A stretch of 64,000 nucleotides of DNA. Source: Candidatus Moraniibacteriota bacterium. GTDB lineage: Bacteria; Patescibacteriota; Minisyncoccia; Moranbacterales; UBA1568. The notes beneath the pieces were generated by a model. That model did no database searches and was not told where the DNA came from. It saw only the letters and a program-made list of their open reading frames with translations. The stretch lies in contig CAVURJ010000002.1 in assembly GCA_963743885.1 (NCBI GenBank), positions 369,706-433,705 on the forward strand. Reading direction: 5' to 3'. Of this stretch, positions 1-9,225 are shown one piece after another (the stretch's first letter is position 1; every line of letters starts with the position of its first letter). The position numbers and the translations under genes were made by a program.

Positions 1-1407
1 CCAGAGACGCTCCGCAAGACATCGAATGCGATCTTTGATTCTATCCGGTTGATGCAGACGAGCGAGCAAGAAGTCTATTATCCGGAGAATTTTCCATATC
101 CGGCTCTTGATTGGATGAAGTCGATCATATCGGTCCTGGCTTTCGTGCCGTTTTTCATCGTGCTTCTCGGTCTTTTGCAGAGAAGAGGAGAGAAAGAGCG
201 GAGGCTGTATTTCGTTTTCTTTGGTCTTTTCGTTGTATTCATCATGCTGGTAGCCCGTGTACGTTTTCCGTTTGATCTGACTAACGATTTTCTCTTCCAG
301 TTGCCGGGTATGAATGCGCTGCGCGGCTGGGACAAGTTGGCGATCTTCACACCGTTCATCATGAGCGCGCTTCTCCTGATGGTGCTTTCCGGCATTGATA
401 CGAAACGATTGAGGATATTCGCGCTCGCAGCATTCTCTGTTCTCGCTATTATGCTTGCACTCCCGTTCTATTTTGGTGGCATACAGACGAAGATGAGCCA
501 TATGCTGGCGCGTGAGGGGAGCAAGGACTTCAAGCAGGCGAATTATAGCGCGTTGGTCAAGATTCCTGAGCCATATCGGGATATCGAGAAAGTCTTCGCC
601 GAAGACAAGGAGGACAACAAGATTTCCATGCTGCCGTATTCTCCAGGATCGAGTATCGGCAAAGTGGGTCTCCCAGTCTGGAAGGTCAATGGCCCGTCGG
701 TGGCGCATGTTTTGTATAGTAAGTCGTACGTGGAATTATCGGCACCGTATATTTCGAATTGGGTATTTGCTGAAGATTTTGAAGACACTACACACGATCC
801 GCGCTGGATTACTGATCTCTTCGGGCTTATCGGTGTGAAATACGTCATTTTTCACAAGGATGCCAAGCTGGATCGTATGGAGGATATGGAAGCATCGAGG
901 AAATATTTGGAGAAGAGCGGCATGCTCGAGCTTATCACAGAAAACGACTCTTTCCGCTTGTATAAGATCAAAGAGGGATGTGTATTCCCGTATGTGTATG
1001 GGAATAGCGGCAGACTTTCTTTCGCTGAGAAATCATTGGGTCTCTCTGAGAAGATTGGTGAGTTCCGCAGTACGATGAAGGAGCTCTCGTATGAGCGTGC
1101 AGGGGTAAAGGATATCATCGTCGATGCTGGGGGGCTCGAGCGCGGGCAGAGTGTATTTCTTAATGAGCAGTATGATCCTCTCTGGAGAGCCGAGTATGAG
1201 TCGCCATCAGGAGAACGTGTGATGCTTGCGAGAGATGCTCAGGTCAAGTATGCCAATGCCTGGAAAATCGACGATGCGGCTGATTCTGCTAAGATAGAGA
1301 TATACTATATGCCGCTTCGGCTTCTTTTCATCGGCATGTGGATTTCCGGGGCTGCTCTTATGACTACGATTGGTGGTTTGCTGTACGTCTCTCGGAAGAA
1401 GATATAA
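1..1407 (+). CDS. Large membrane protein, 5'-truncated at window edge (YfhO/AftD-like GT-C architecture)
   Basis: Open frame from window start; several TM segments, then an extracytoplasmic domain ending in LNEQYDPLW...YANAW and a C-terminal TM. Confidence 0.55.
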   Translation, partial: PETLRKTSNAIFDSIRLMQTSEQEVYYPENFPYPALDWMKSIISVLAFVPFFIVLLGLLQRRGEKERRLYFVFFGLFVVFIMLVARVRFPFDLTNDFLFQLPGMNALRGWDKLAIFTPFIMSALLLMVLSGIDTKRLRIFALAAFSVLAIMLALPFYFGGIQTKMSHMLAREGSKDFKQANYSALVKIPEPYRDIEKVFAEDKEDNKISMLPYSPGSSIGKVGLPVWKVNGPSVAHVLYSKSYVELSAPYISNWVFAEDFEDTTHDPRWITDLFGLIGVKYVIFHKDAKLDRMEDMEASRKYLEKSGMLELITENDSFRLYKIKEGCVFPYVYGNSGRLSFAEKSLGLSEKIGEFRSTMKELSYERAGVKDIIVDAGGLERGQSVFLNEQYDPLWRAEYESPSGERVMLARDAQVKYANAWKIDDAADSAKIEIYYMPLRLLFIGMWISGAALMTTIGGLLYVSRKKI

Positions 1408-1417
1408 TCCTTTTGGA

Positions 1418-1783
1418 ATGCATGTTATGGAAAACGATATCGTCAAAGATCCAGTCATTGCTCCGATCATCGAATTTGCGAAGCATCGCCGCGCAGATGT
1501 CGGCTTCGTGTTGGCTGGAATACTGCTCGGAGTATTTCTCGGCTGGAATATTGTCCAGGTGGCTATCTTTGCTGTCTTCATCTGGTCTATCCTTGGTCCG
1601 ATTCCGTCGCGACTGCTCGCTGTGCCGGCATTATTCTTCCTTACTCTTGTTCCGTTCCTTCTTTTGGTCAAGATGGATGATCAGGCGGAAGAATATGCTA
1701 TCTATGCCTATTATTTCCTCGTTATGGCCGTCATCCGTGGCATAGTAGAGATCCGTGCAGAAAAAGAAAACACCTCTGCGTAA
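1418..1783 (+). CDS. Small membrane protein, hypothetical
   Basis: Hydrophobic ORF directly after the upstream gene; start uncertain (ATG 1418 or 1427). Confidence 0.6.
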   Translation: MHVMENDIVKDPVIAPIIEFAKHRRADVGFVLAGILLGVFLGWNIVQVAIFAVFIWSILGPIPSRLLAVPALFFLTLVPFLLLVKMDDQAEEYAIYAYYFLVMAVIRGIVEIRAEKENTSA

Positions 1784-1796
1784 GAGGCGTTTTTTC
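1766..1796. terminator. Probable bidirectional intrinsic terminator
   Basis: AAAA-CACCTCT-gcgta-AGAGGCG-TTTTTT between convergent genes. Confidence 0.55.
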
Positions 1797-1804
1797 TTAC
1801 TCTT

Positions 1805-2821
1805 TTAAGGGAGAGACTGTTGCCATCGCCAGGCGTCCTGGAGGGCTTGGGAGATGGTCAGCTTGGCTTGCCAGCCGAGCTCCTTTTTGATTTTGGATGG
1901 ATCGGCGTAGCAGGAGATGATATCGCCTGGGCGGCGTGGGCCGATACTATACGGGACGGAGGTATGTGTCGCCGCTTTGAAGGCTGATATAAGCTCGAGA
2001 ACGCTTGTGCCGTGTCCGGTACCGACATTGTAGACGTCGTACGCTGGCCGGTCCGTCGTGTCCGAAAAGAGCGCATCGAGCGCAGCGATATGGGCCGAAG
2101 CGAGGTCCATGACGTGGATGTAGTCGCGGATGCATGTGCCATCTGGTGTCGGGTAGTCGTTGCCGAAGACGGTCAGTCGTTCGCGGAGGCCGGCTGCTGC
2201 TTGGGTGAGGTAAGGGACGAGATTGTTTGGGGTGCCGATCGGGAGTTCGCCGATGAGGCCGGAGGGATGGGCGCCGATGGGATTGAAGTAGCGGAGCGCT
2301 ATGGAACGGAGCGACCCATGGGCTCTGTGAGACGCTTCCTCGAGCTTGTCTTCGCAGATTTGTTTGGTCTCGCCGTATGGTGAGGTGGCGGGTTTGCGCG
2401 GAGCGGTTTCTGGTATCGGAAGCGTGTCTGGTTCACCGCAAACCGTGGCCGATGACGAGAAGACGAAGACTTGCGTACCGTGCTTTAGTGCGGCAGCGAG
2501 GACAGTGACGAGTGATCCGACGTTGTTCTGGTGGTAGAGTTCTGGTTTTTCCATGGACTCTCCTACGGATTTGAGTGCGGCGAAGTGGATGACGCCGTCG
2601 ATAGGCCGGGCGGAGAAGACTGACTCGATGAATGCTGGATTGGCGCAATCTCCTTCGAAGACTTCGAGTTCCCGCCCGAGTATCTGCGCGATGCCGCGGA
2701 GAACGGACCGGTCTGAATTGCAGAAATTGTCGAGGATGATCGGCGTGTGTCCTGCTTGGGCAAGAAGCACGGCCGTATGCGATCCGATGAATCCCGCTCC
2801 GCCAGTGATGAGGATATTCAT
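1805..2821 (-). CDS. galE: UDP-glucose 4-epimerase
   Basis: TGGAGFIGSH, HFAALKSVGES, PYGETK, LRYFNP, PNNL and DGTCIRDYIHV motifs. Confidence 0.95.
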   Translation of the reverse strand: MNILITGGAGFIGSHTAVLLAQAGHTPIILDNFCNSDRSVLRGIAQILGRELEVFEGDCANPAFIESVFSARPIDGVIHFAALKSVGESMEKPELYHQNNVGSLVTVLAAALKHGTQVFVFSSSATVCGEPDTLPIPETAPRKPATSPYGETKQICEDKLEEASHRAHGSLRSIALRYFNPIGAHPSGLIGELPIGTPNNLVPYLTQAAAGLRERLTVFGNDYPTPDGTCIRDYIHVMDLASAHIAALDALFSDTTDRPAYDVYNVGTGHGTSVLELISAFKAATHTSVPYSIGPRRPGDIISCYADPSKIKKELGWQAKLTISQALQDAWRWQQSLP

Positions 2822-3077
2822 GACGAATGATAGTTCTTATGTACATAGCATATCAGCAAAATCATTCTTTCGAAAGATGAGTGTTTATGATTTTTCGGCC
2901 TGGATTGCGGGTTTTTCGGCGGTGGGGTACTTCAGTTATATCCCTGGACCCCCGCCTTCGCCAGCCTCGACGTCTAGGCGGGCGGGGATGACAACTAAAC
3001 AATCGTCTACTTTTCGTCTAATTATTGTCTATTTATAACATAAATATTGGCGTATTTAAGCCATAAAACTGTAATAT

Positions 3078-4090
3078 TGTTAACATTGCAGCAAAAGGGT
3101 TTACACTTCCCGAGGAAGGTTTAAGCTAAAAAGTCCTCTTTTTAGCTTAAACAAGTATGAGCGCTTTTGATCCCAGGTATATGTTGCTGCAAGAAGAAAA
3201 ACTGAAGACTATCCTCTCCAAGCAAGCAACTGCGACAGCGGTTGCCAAGGACCTGTCCGTCTCCCGTCAGACCATCCACAAGTGGCTGGCTCGGTACCGA
3301 CGTTTCGGAACGGACGGGCTCATCGTACGAAGAAAGAAGCATCATACTTCCGCCCACAACCGTACGGCTCCTGCTCTCGAACAATTGGTCGTGAATACAG
3401 CGAGAGAACACTACTACGATGGAGTAGAGACCCTGCACGACCGATTAGAAGAGACCTACAATCTCACGCTCCATCCCACTACCATTTACCGTATCTTAAG
3501 GAGAACTGATACTCGCTACACCGATGGCTACGCTGCTACCAAGAGACAATGGAAGAAGCAGCTCTATGCCCATGAAATTCCGGGATTAGAGCTTCAGATG
3601 GATACAGTCTATCCTTTTGGCTACAAACAAGGCAAAGTCATCTACACCATCATTGATGATGCAACACGATGGGTCTTTGCCTGGTCATACAGCACAGCCA
3701 ATCAGGAACATACGTTGGATTTTCTTGAGAGAGTTTTAGCAAGAGCCCCCTTTCCTGTCCGGAAGATTCGTACTGACCAAGGCAGGGAATTCATTGGGAA
3801 CAGAGCGAAAGCTTTTTTAGAAGAAAGAGAAATTACGTATCGGAACAATACTCCGTACTGTCCCGAAGAGAATGGCAAGATCGAACGCTTCCACCGTACC
3901 CTGAAAGAGAAGGGCATCCGGAGATCCTTCCTGACAGAAGATTCCTTGGAGATGATGCAGTATCGGCTGAACCTCTTCCTTCACTACTACAACTACCGAA
4001 AGAAGCACCGAGGATTGGGGATGAACGGACGGACTCCCATGGAAAGACTGGTGGAACTGGGGAGTGTAAACTTGACGCTGCAATGCTACA
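3078..4090 (+). mobile_element. IS481-family insertion sequence
   Basis: Imperfect terminal IRs (TGTTAACATTGCAGC..GTTTACACTTCCC versus GGGAGTGTAAAC..GCTGCAATGCTACA); TGT...ACA ends; AATAT(T) repeated at 3073 and 4091 as probable target duplication. Confidence 0.8.
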
Positions 4091-4098
4091 AATATTGA
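3157..4098 (+). CDS. IS481-family DDE transposase
   Basis: N-terminal HTH (VSRQTIHKWLARY); rve core with QMD, IIDDATR, TDQGREF and NGKIERFHRTLK. Confidence 0.92.
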   Translation: MSAFDPRYMLLQEEKLKTILSKQATATAVAKDLSVSRQTIHKWLARYRRFGTDGLIVRRKKHHTSAHNRTAPALEQLVVNTAREHYYDGVETLHDRLEETYNLTLHPTTIYRILRRTDTRYTDGYAATKRQWKKQLYAHEIPGLELQMDTVYPFGYKQGKVIYTIIDDATRWVFAWSYSTANQEHTLDFLERVLARAPFPVRKIRTDQGREFIGNRAKAFLEEREITYRNNTPYCPEENGKIERFHRTLKEKGIRRSFLTEDSLEMMQYRLNLFLHYYNYRKKHRGLGMNGRTPMERLVELGSVNLTLQCYKY

Positions 4099-4125
4099 CT
4101 ACAATAAATTATTATTGTATATTGG

Positions 4126-4151
4126 TTTACAGTTAATAGTAAACTGTAAAC
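4126..4151 (+). promoter_or_regulatory. Operator-like inverted repeat upstream of the wHTH-PRTase gene
   Basis: GTTTACAGT-N8-ACTGTAAAC just before the ATG, downstream of a TTGACT...TATATT promoter-like pair. Confidence 0.45.
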
Positions 4152-4154
4152 TTT

Positions 4155-5126
4155 ATGAAAACATCAGAAAAAATAATAGCTTATATTAAACTAAAAAAAC
4201 AGGTTTCCGTAAATGAATTGGTTGGGTATCTTGAAATAAGTAGGATGGGGACATCGAAGCAGCTTGCTAATCTTGTTGCGGAAGGAAAGATCAAGAAAGT
4301 CGGCCGCCCCCCAGTAGTTTTTTATATGCTCAGGGACGAGGGGAAGCTTCCGACGCAAGAAACTATTTTTGATGAACAGACGAAAGATTTGATTGATAAG
4401 AACTATCTCCTCATTACTCCATCCGGTGAACGTAAGGAGGGTTTGGATGGTTTTGCTTATTGGTGTCAGGGGAACAATCTTCCATTGAATAAAACCGCCG
4501 AAGAATACAGGAAAACGTTGAAAAAATATCAGGCGTTTTATAAGGGCGGTCTTTTGGATGGAATGCATAAATTCGAGACAACTTTTGAAAAAGTTGGGCT
4601 GGACTCCGTTTTCTATCTTGATTTCTATAGTATCGAAAGATTCGGAAAGACGAGGATGGGGCAGTTGCTTTTGTATGCGAAGCAGAGCCAGAACAAGAAA
4701 CTCATACGAGAACTCATTACCGATATCCGCCCTCGAGTCGATGATATGATAAAAAAATATCATGTTGATGCGATCGGATTTATCCCGCCTACCGTCAAAA
4801 GAGAGGTGCAGTTTATGAAGGAACTAGAAAAGAATCTGCATCCGAATGTCAAGAGGATCTCAATCGCTAAGATAAAAACGGAAATAATCGTTCCGCAGAA
4901 AACGCTGAATAAATTGAAAGACCGGATTGAAAATGTACAGAAAACGATTGTCGTGAATGAGCCGGGAAGCTATGGGACCATTCTCTTGATCGATGATGCG
5001 GTTGGTTCCGGTGCAACGCTCAATGAGACTGCGACACAAATAAAACGGAAGGGAGTCGCTAAAAAAGTCATCGGCCTTGCTATTACTGGAAGCTTCAAGG
5101 GGTTTGATGTCATCAGTGAGGTTTAA
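4155..5126 (+). CDS. Winged-HTH plus phosphoribosyltransferase (ComF-like) protein
   Basis: N-terminal wHTH; PRPP-binding loop ILLIDDAVGSGATL; AT-richer than neighbours. Confidence 0.75.
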   Translation: MKTSEKIIAYIKLKKQVSVNELVGYLEISRMGTSKQLANLVAEGKIKKVGRPPVVFYMLRDEGKLPTQETIFDEQTKDLIDKNYLLITPSGERKEGLDGFAYWCQGNNLPLNKTAEEYRKTLKKYQAFYKGGLLDGMHKFETTFEKVGLDSVFYLDFYSIERFGKTRMGQLLLYAKQSQNKKLIRELITDIRPRVDDMIKKYHVDAIGFIPPTVKREVQFMKELEKNLHPNVKRISIAKIKTEIIVPQKTLNKLKDRIENVQKTIVVNEPGSYGTILLIDDAVGSGATLNETATQIKRKGVAKKVIGLAITGSFKGFDVISEV

Positions 5127-5280
5127 ATATCCGTTATCGTCTTATTTGTATCTAGAGATGATAAGCGAAAAACACGAGGAGGATTCGTTTTTCGGCCTGG
5201 ATTGCGGGTTTTTTGGTGGTGAGGTACAATAGAGGGGTATCTAGAGCTTATCTCAAAATTCACCGCCTAACCTAAATCAT

Positions 5281-6222
5281 ATGTCAGAGAACCAGCCGTA
5301 TCTGTCGGTCGTTGTGCCACTGTATAACGAAGAGGGGAACGTGCTCGAGCTGCATCGGAAGATTCGTGAGGCGCTCGAGAAGATCGGCAGACCATTCGAG
5401 ATCATCTTTATCGATGACGGGTCCAAGGACAAGACGCTCGAAGAAGCGAAGCAGTGCCATCCGCTTCGGCTCGTCTCTTTCCGCAAGAATTTCGGCCAGA
5501 CGGCAGCCTTTGATGCTGGTATCAAGGCAGCGACCGGGGAGATCGTCATCACGCTCGATGGTGACCTCCAGAATGATCCGGCTGATATCCCGCTTCTTCT
5601 CGAGAAGATCGATGAGGGGTATGATGTGGTGTCTGGCTGGCGGCACAAGCGTCAGGATCCATGGAGCAAGAAGATCCCGTCCCGTATCGCCAATCTGCTC
5701 CGCAAGATTCTCATCCAGGACAATATCCATGATTCCGGCTGCAGCCTGAAGGCCTACCGCCGTGAGTGTTTCCGTGATGTGGATCTCTTCGGTGAGATGC
5801 ACCGTTTCATGCCGGCACTCCTGTCGCTCGATGGCTTCCGTGTGGCTGAGGTCAAGGTCTCACACTATCCTCGCGTACATGGCGTGACGAAGTACAACTG
5901 GAAGCGTGGCATCAAGGGCTTCGTCGATATGATCTCGATCTGGTTCTGGCGCAAGTATTCGCACCGGCCGATTCATCTTTTTGGTGGTTCTGGCATCCTG
6001 CTTTCGGTCGTTGGTTCTGGTATCCTCGCTTGGATGCTCATCGAGAAGCTCGTCTTCGGCGCTTCGATCGCGGAGCGCATGTGGCCGCTCGTCGGCATCT
6101 TCTTCGTGCTGGTCGGCGTGCAGCTCTTCGTCTTTGGCCTTCTGGCTGATATCGTCATCCGCAATTACTACCACTCACGCGGAAGGATGAATTATTCCAT
6201 AAGGGAGATAATTGAAAATTAA
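5281..6222 (+). CDS. GT2 polyprenol-phosphate glycosyltransferase (DPM1/ArnC-like)
   Basis: VVVPLYNEE, DDGS, NFGQTAA, DGDLQNDP; two C-terminal TMs. Confidence 0.9.
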   Translation: MSENQPYLSVVVPLYNEEGNVLELHRKIREALEKIGRPFEIIFIDDGSKDKTLEEAKQCHPLRLVSFRKNFGQTAAFDAGIKAATGEIVITLDGDLQNDPADIPLLLEKIDEGYDVVSGWRHKRQDPWSKKIPSRIANLLRKILIQDNIHDSGCSLKAYRRECFRDVDLFGEMHRFMPALLSLDGFRVAEVKVSHYPRVHGVTKYNWKRGIKGFVDMISIWFWRKYSHRPIHLFGGSGILLSVVGSGILAWMLIEKLVFGASIAERMWPLVGIFFVLVGVQLFVFGLLADIVIRNYYHSRGRMNYSIREIIEN

Positions 6223-6223
6223 T

Positions 6224-6305
6224 CAGTTAACGGGTTCACGGGCTAACGTGTTTTTCGGATTTTGAACTCGTTAACGCGTTAACTCGTAATACTTTAACGG
6301 TTACG
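6224..6305. repeat. Octamer-periodic (GTTAACGG-like) imperfect palindromic spacer
   Basis: CAGTTAACGGGTTCACGGGCTAACG...CTCGTTAACGCGTTAACTCG; related copies at ~36549-36640 and ~57673-57706. Confidence 0.65.
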
Positions 6306-6307
6306 CT

Positions 6308-7618
6308 ATGAAGCTAGCTTTTATCGGTACTGGATACGTAGGATTGGTGACGGGAGCGTGCATGGCGGAACTGGGGCATACGGTCGTCTGTGCGGATGTC
6401 GACAAGAAGAAGATCGCGGGGCTCAAGAAGGGCATCATGCCGATCTATGAGCTCGGCCTGGAAGAGCTGGTCGGGAAGAACGTGAAAGAAGGGCGCTTGT
6501 CCTTCACGACATCCATCGGTGTGGCCATGAAGGCGGCTGATGTGGTCTTCAGTGCGGTCGGGACCCCGGAAGACAAGAAGACTGGCAAGGCTGATATGCA
6601 GTATGTGCATGCGGTTGCGGAGACCTTTGGCAAGAATCTGAACGGCTACAAAATCCTCGTGAACAAGTCGACCGTACCGGTGGGGACGGCGGACGCAGTG
6701 CGCGACATCGTGCTCCATGCAAGCAAGGGGAAGCACGAGTTTGATATCGTCTCCAATCCGGAGTTCCTTCGCGAAGGCGCAGCTATCAAAGATTTCCTCA
6801 ACCCGGACCGTGTGGTGGTCGGTGTCGCTTCGCCGCGTGCCAAGGAGATGATGGAGAAGATCTATCGTCCAATCGCCCGTGCCGGTCGCCCGGTCATGGT
6901 GACGGATATCCGCTCGGCCGAGCTCATCAAGTACGCTTCGAACGCTTTCCTCGCGGTCAAGATCACCTTCATCAATGAAATCGCCAATTTCTGTGAGCTC
7001 GCGGGAGCGAACGTGAAGGAAGTGGCGCGCGGTATGGGTGCGGACAGTCGCATCGGATCGCGTTTCCTCTACGCTGGCATCGGTTTCGGTGGATCGTGCT
7101 TCCCGAAGGACGTGCAGGCGCTCATGCAGACCGGCAAGGACTACAAGCAGCATTTCTCGATCATCGAGGCGGCTGACAAGGTGAATGATATGCAGAAGCT
7201 TCGCCCGATGGCTTTTCTCAAGAAGCATTTCAAGAGGGGGCTCAAAGGCAAGACGATCGCGCTTTGGGGTCTCTCCTTCAAGCCGCGGACGGATGATGTG
7301 CGCGAGGCACCGGCGCTCTATGTCGCTGAGGCACTCCTCAAGGCAGGGGCCAAGGTGCGCGCGTTCGATCCGGTGGCGATGGAGAATTTCAAAGCGGCTT
7401 TCCCGGACAAGCGGGTGAAGTATGCCGCACATGCCTATGAAGCCGTCGAGAAGGCAGATGCGCTCCTCGTGATGACCGAGTGGGATGAGTTCCGCACGGC
7501 GGAGTATCCGGAGCTTGCGTCACGCATGAAGGAGCGTGTGATCGTCGATGGCCGCAATATCTTTGAACGTCGTGAAGCTGAAGCGGAAGGATTTACGTAC
7601 TTTGGAATTGGCGTGTAA
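6308..7618 (+). CDS. ugd: UDP-glucose 6-dehydrogenase
   Basis: GTGYVG, KSTVPVG, SNPEFLREG, GFGGSCFPKD and FKPRTDDVRE motifs. Confidence 0.93.
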   Translation: MKLAFIGTGYVGLVTGACMAELGHTVVCADVDKKKIAGLKKGIMPIYELGLEELVGKNVKEGRLSFTTSIGVAMKAADVVFSAVGTPEDKKTGKADMQYVHAVAETFGKNLNGYKILVNKSTVPVGTADAVRDIVLHASKGKHEFDIVSNPEFLREGAAIKDFLNPDRVVVGVASPRAKEMMEKIYRPIARAGRPVMVTDIRSAELIKYASNAFLAVKITFINEIANFCELAGANVKEVARGMGADSRIGSRFLYAGIGFGGSCFPKDVQALMQTGKDYKQHFSIIEAADKVNDMQKLRPMAFLKKHFKRGLKGKTIALWGLSFKPRTDDVREAPALYVAEALLKAGAKVRAFDPVAMENFKAAFPDKRVKYAAHAYEAVEKADALLVMTEWDEFRTAEYPELASRMKERVIVDGRNIFERREAEAEGFTYFGIGV

Positions 7619-7652
7619 GAGTGTATTTTGTATTGAGTATTAAGTATTATGT

Positions 7653-8027
7653 ATGGCGGAGAAGATTCGGTCATTTACTGATCTCAATGCTTGGCGCGAG
7701 GCACATGCACTGGCGCTTGATGTATACGCTGCTACGAAAGGATTCCCGAAAGAAGAAATTTTCGTTCTTGTGAGTCAGATGCGGCGCTGTGCTATATCTG
7801 TTCCATCCAATATCGCGGAGGGGTTCAGTCGGAATTCTGCTAAAGATAAGATGCAGTTTTATGCGATAGCGCTCGGTTCAGTGACAGAGTTGCAGAGCCA
7901 ACTTATGATGGCGCGCGATATGAAGTACATGACCAAACTGGAATTTCAGAAAATAGCAGAAAAGACAGTTATTGTAAGTAAGCTCATCAATGGTCTGAAG
8001 AAAACAGCCCAAGGAAGACCTTCTTGA
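7653..8027 (+). CDS. Four-helix-bundle protein (23S rRNA IVP/bAvd-like family)
   Basis: SFTDLNAW...FPKEE..L.SQMRR.AISVPSNIAEG...ALGS..EL signature. Confidence 0.9.
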   Translation: MAEKIRSFTDLNAWREAHALALDVYAATKGFPKEEIFVLVSQMRRCAISVPSNIAEGFSRNSAKDKMQFYAIALGSVTELQSQLMMARDMKYMTKLEFQKIAEKTVIVSKLINGLKKTAQGRPS

Positions 8028-8064
8028 ATCCCATACAAAATACGTAATACAGGATACATACTAC

Positions 8065-9225
8065 ATGAAACTGCTTTTTCTTAACTACGAATACCCGCCG
8101 ATTGGGGGTGGGGCGTCGACGGCGACGGAGGCTATCCTTCGGGAATGGGCGGCCATGCCGAATATCGAGGCACATCTCGTCACATCGAACGTCGGGGATG
8201 TGTATGAGCGCCTCCATCTTGGCGGCAAGGTCTATGTCCATCGTCTGCCGATTGGTAAGGATTCTGAGAAACTTCATTCGCAGTCGATGCGGGATATTCT
8301 GGTGTATAGCTGGAAGGCGTTCTGGTTTGCCCGTACGCTCATAAGACAGGAGCATGGAAAGCAGCGTTTTGATGCAACGCTCGCCTTTTTCACGGTGCCG
8401 TGCGGGTTCATCGCGTATGCACTCAAGCTCTGCTATGGCATCCCGTATGCCGTGTCGCTCCGCGGGGCGGATGTACCGGGTTTTAGTGAGAAGTATGATA
8501 CGTTCTATCTCTTTGTGAAACCGCTCGTGCGGTTCCTCTGGCATCGTGCACTTGTGGTGATACCGAATAGCCAGGGGATCACTGAGCTTGCGAAGAAGAC
8601 TGCTGCCAAGCAGGAGATGACAATCATCGAGAATGGTGTCGATACGGAGCTTTTCTGCCCTGCCAAAGAGGCGAAGCCAGATGTGCCGGTCATCTTCATC
8701 TCTACATCACGTCTGACGCCAAGGAAAGGCATCGATACCCTCATCCGGGCGTTCGCTGCTGCGGTGAAGCGTTCTGATGTGCCGATGGAGCTCCGTATCG
8801 TTGGCGAGGGGGAACAGCAGTCAGCACTTGAACAGCTGGCAGCTGATCTCGGTGTCGCAAAGGAAGTCGATTTTCTCGGCCGGGTTGAACATGATCATCT
8901 GCCGGAAGCGTACCGGTCGTCGCATGTCTTCGTTTTGCCGTCAAAGAACGAGGGGATGAGTAATTCCGCACTTGAGGCGCTCGCCTGTGGGTTGCCGCTC
9001 ATCGTGTCTGGTACGGGCGGCATGCAAGAGCTCGTTTCTGAAGGTGTGAATGGCGCTTTCGTGGATCCGGATGATACCGAAGGTTTCGCGACGGCATTGC
9101 TCCGATTCGCTGAGGATCGCGATATCATCGCTGCCTATGGAGCGGAGAGTCGGCGGCGTGCATCGGAGCGTAGCTGGCGGTCGGTCGCTGAGCGTTTCCG
9201 TGATGTCATTGCCGAAGCACTATAA
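8065..9225 (+). CDS. GT4 glycosyltransferase
   Basis: NYEYPPIGGG, RLTPRKG and EGMSNSALEA motifs. Confidence 0.9.
   Translation: MKLLFLNYEYPPIGGGASTATEAILREWAAMPNIEAHLVTSNVGDVYERLHLGGKVYVHRLPIGKDSEKLHSQSMRDILVYSWKAFWFARTLIRQEHGKQRFDATLAFFTVPCGFIAYALKLCYGIPYAVSLRGADVPGFSEKYDTFYLFVKPLVRFLWHRALVVIPNSQGITELAKKTAAKQEMTIIENGVDTELFCPAKEAKPDVPVIFISTSRLTPRKGIDTLIRAFAAAVKRSDVPMELRIVGEGEQQSALEQLAADLGVAKEVDFLGRVEHDHLPEAYRSSHVFVLPSKNEGMSNSALEALACGLPLIVSGTGGMQELVSEGVNGAFVDPDDTEGFATALLRFAEDRDIIAAYGAESRRRASERSWRSVAERFRDVIAEAL

Noticed and set aside
7653-8027. Avd of a DGR, or 23S rRNA intervening sequence
   Set aside because: No RT, template repeat or rRNA gene nearby
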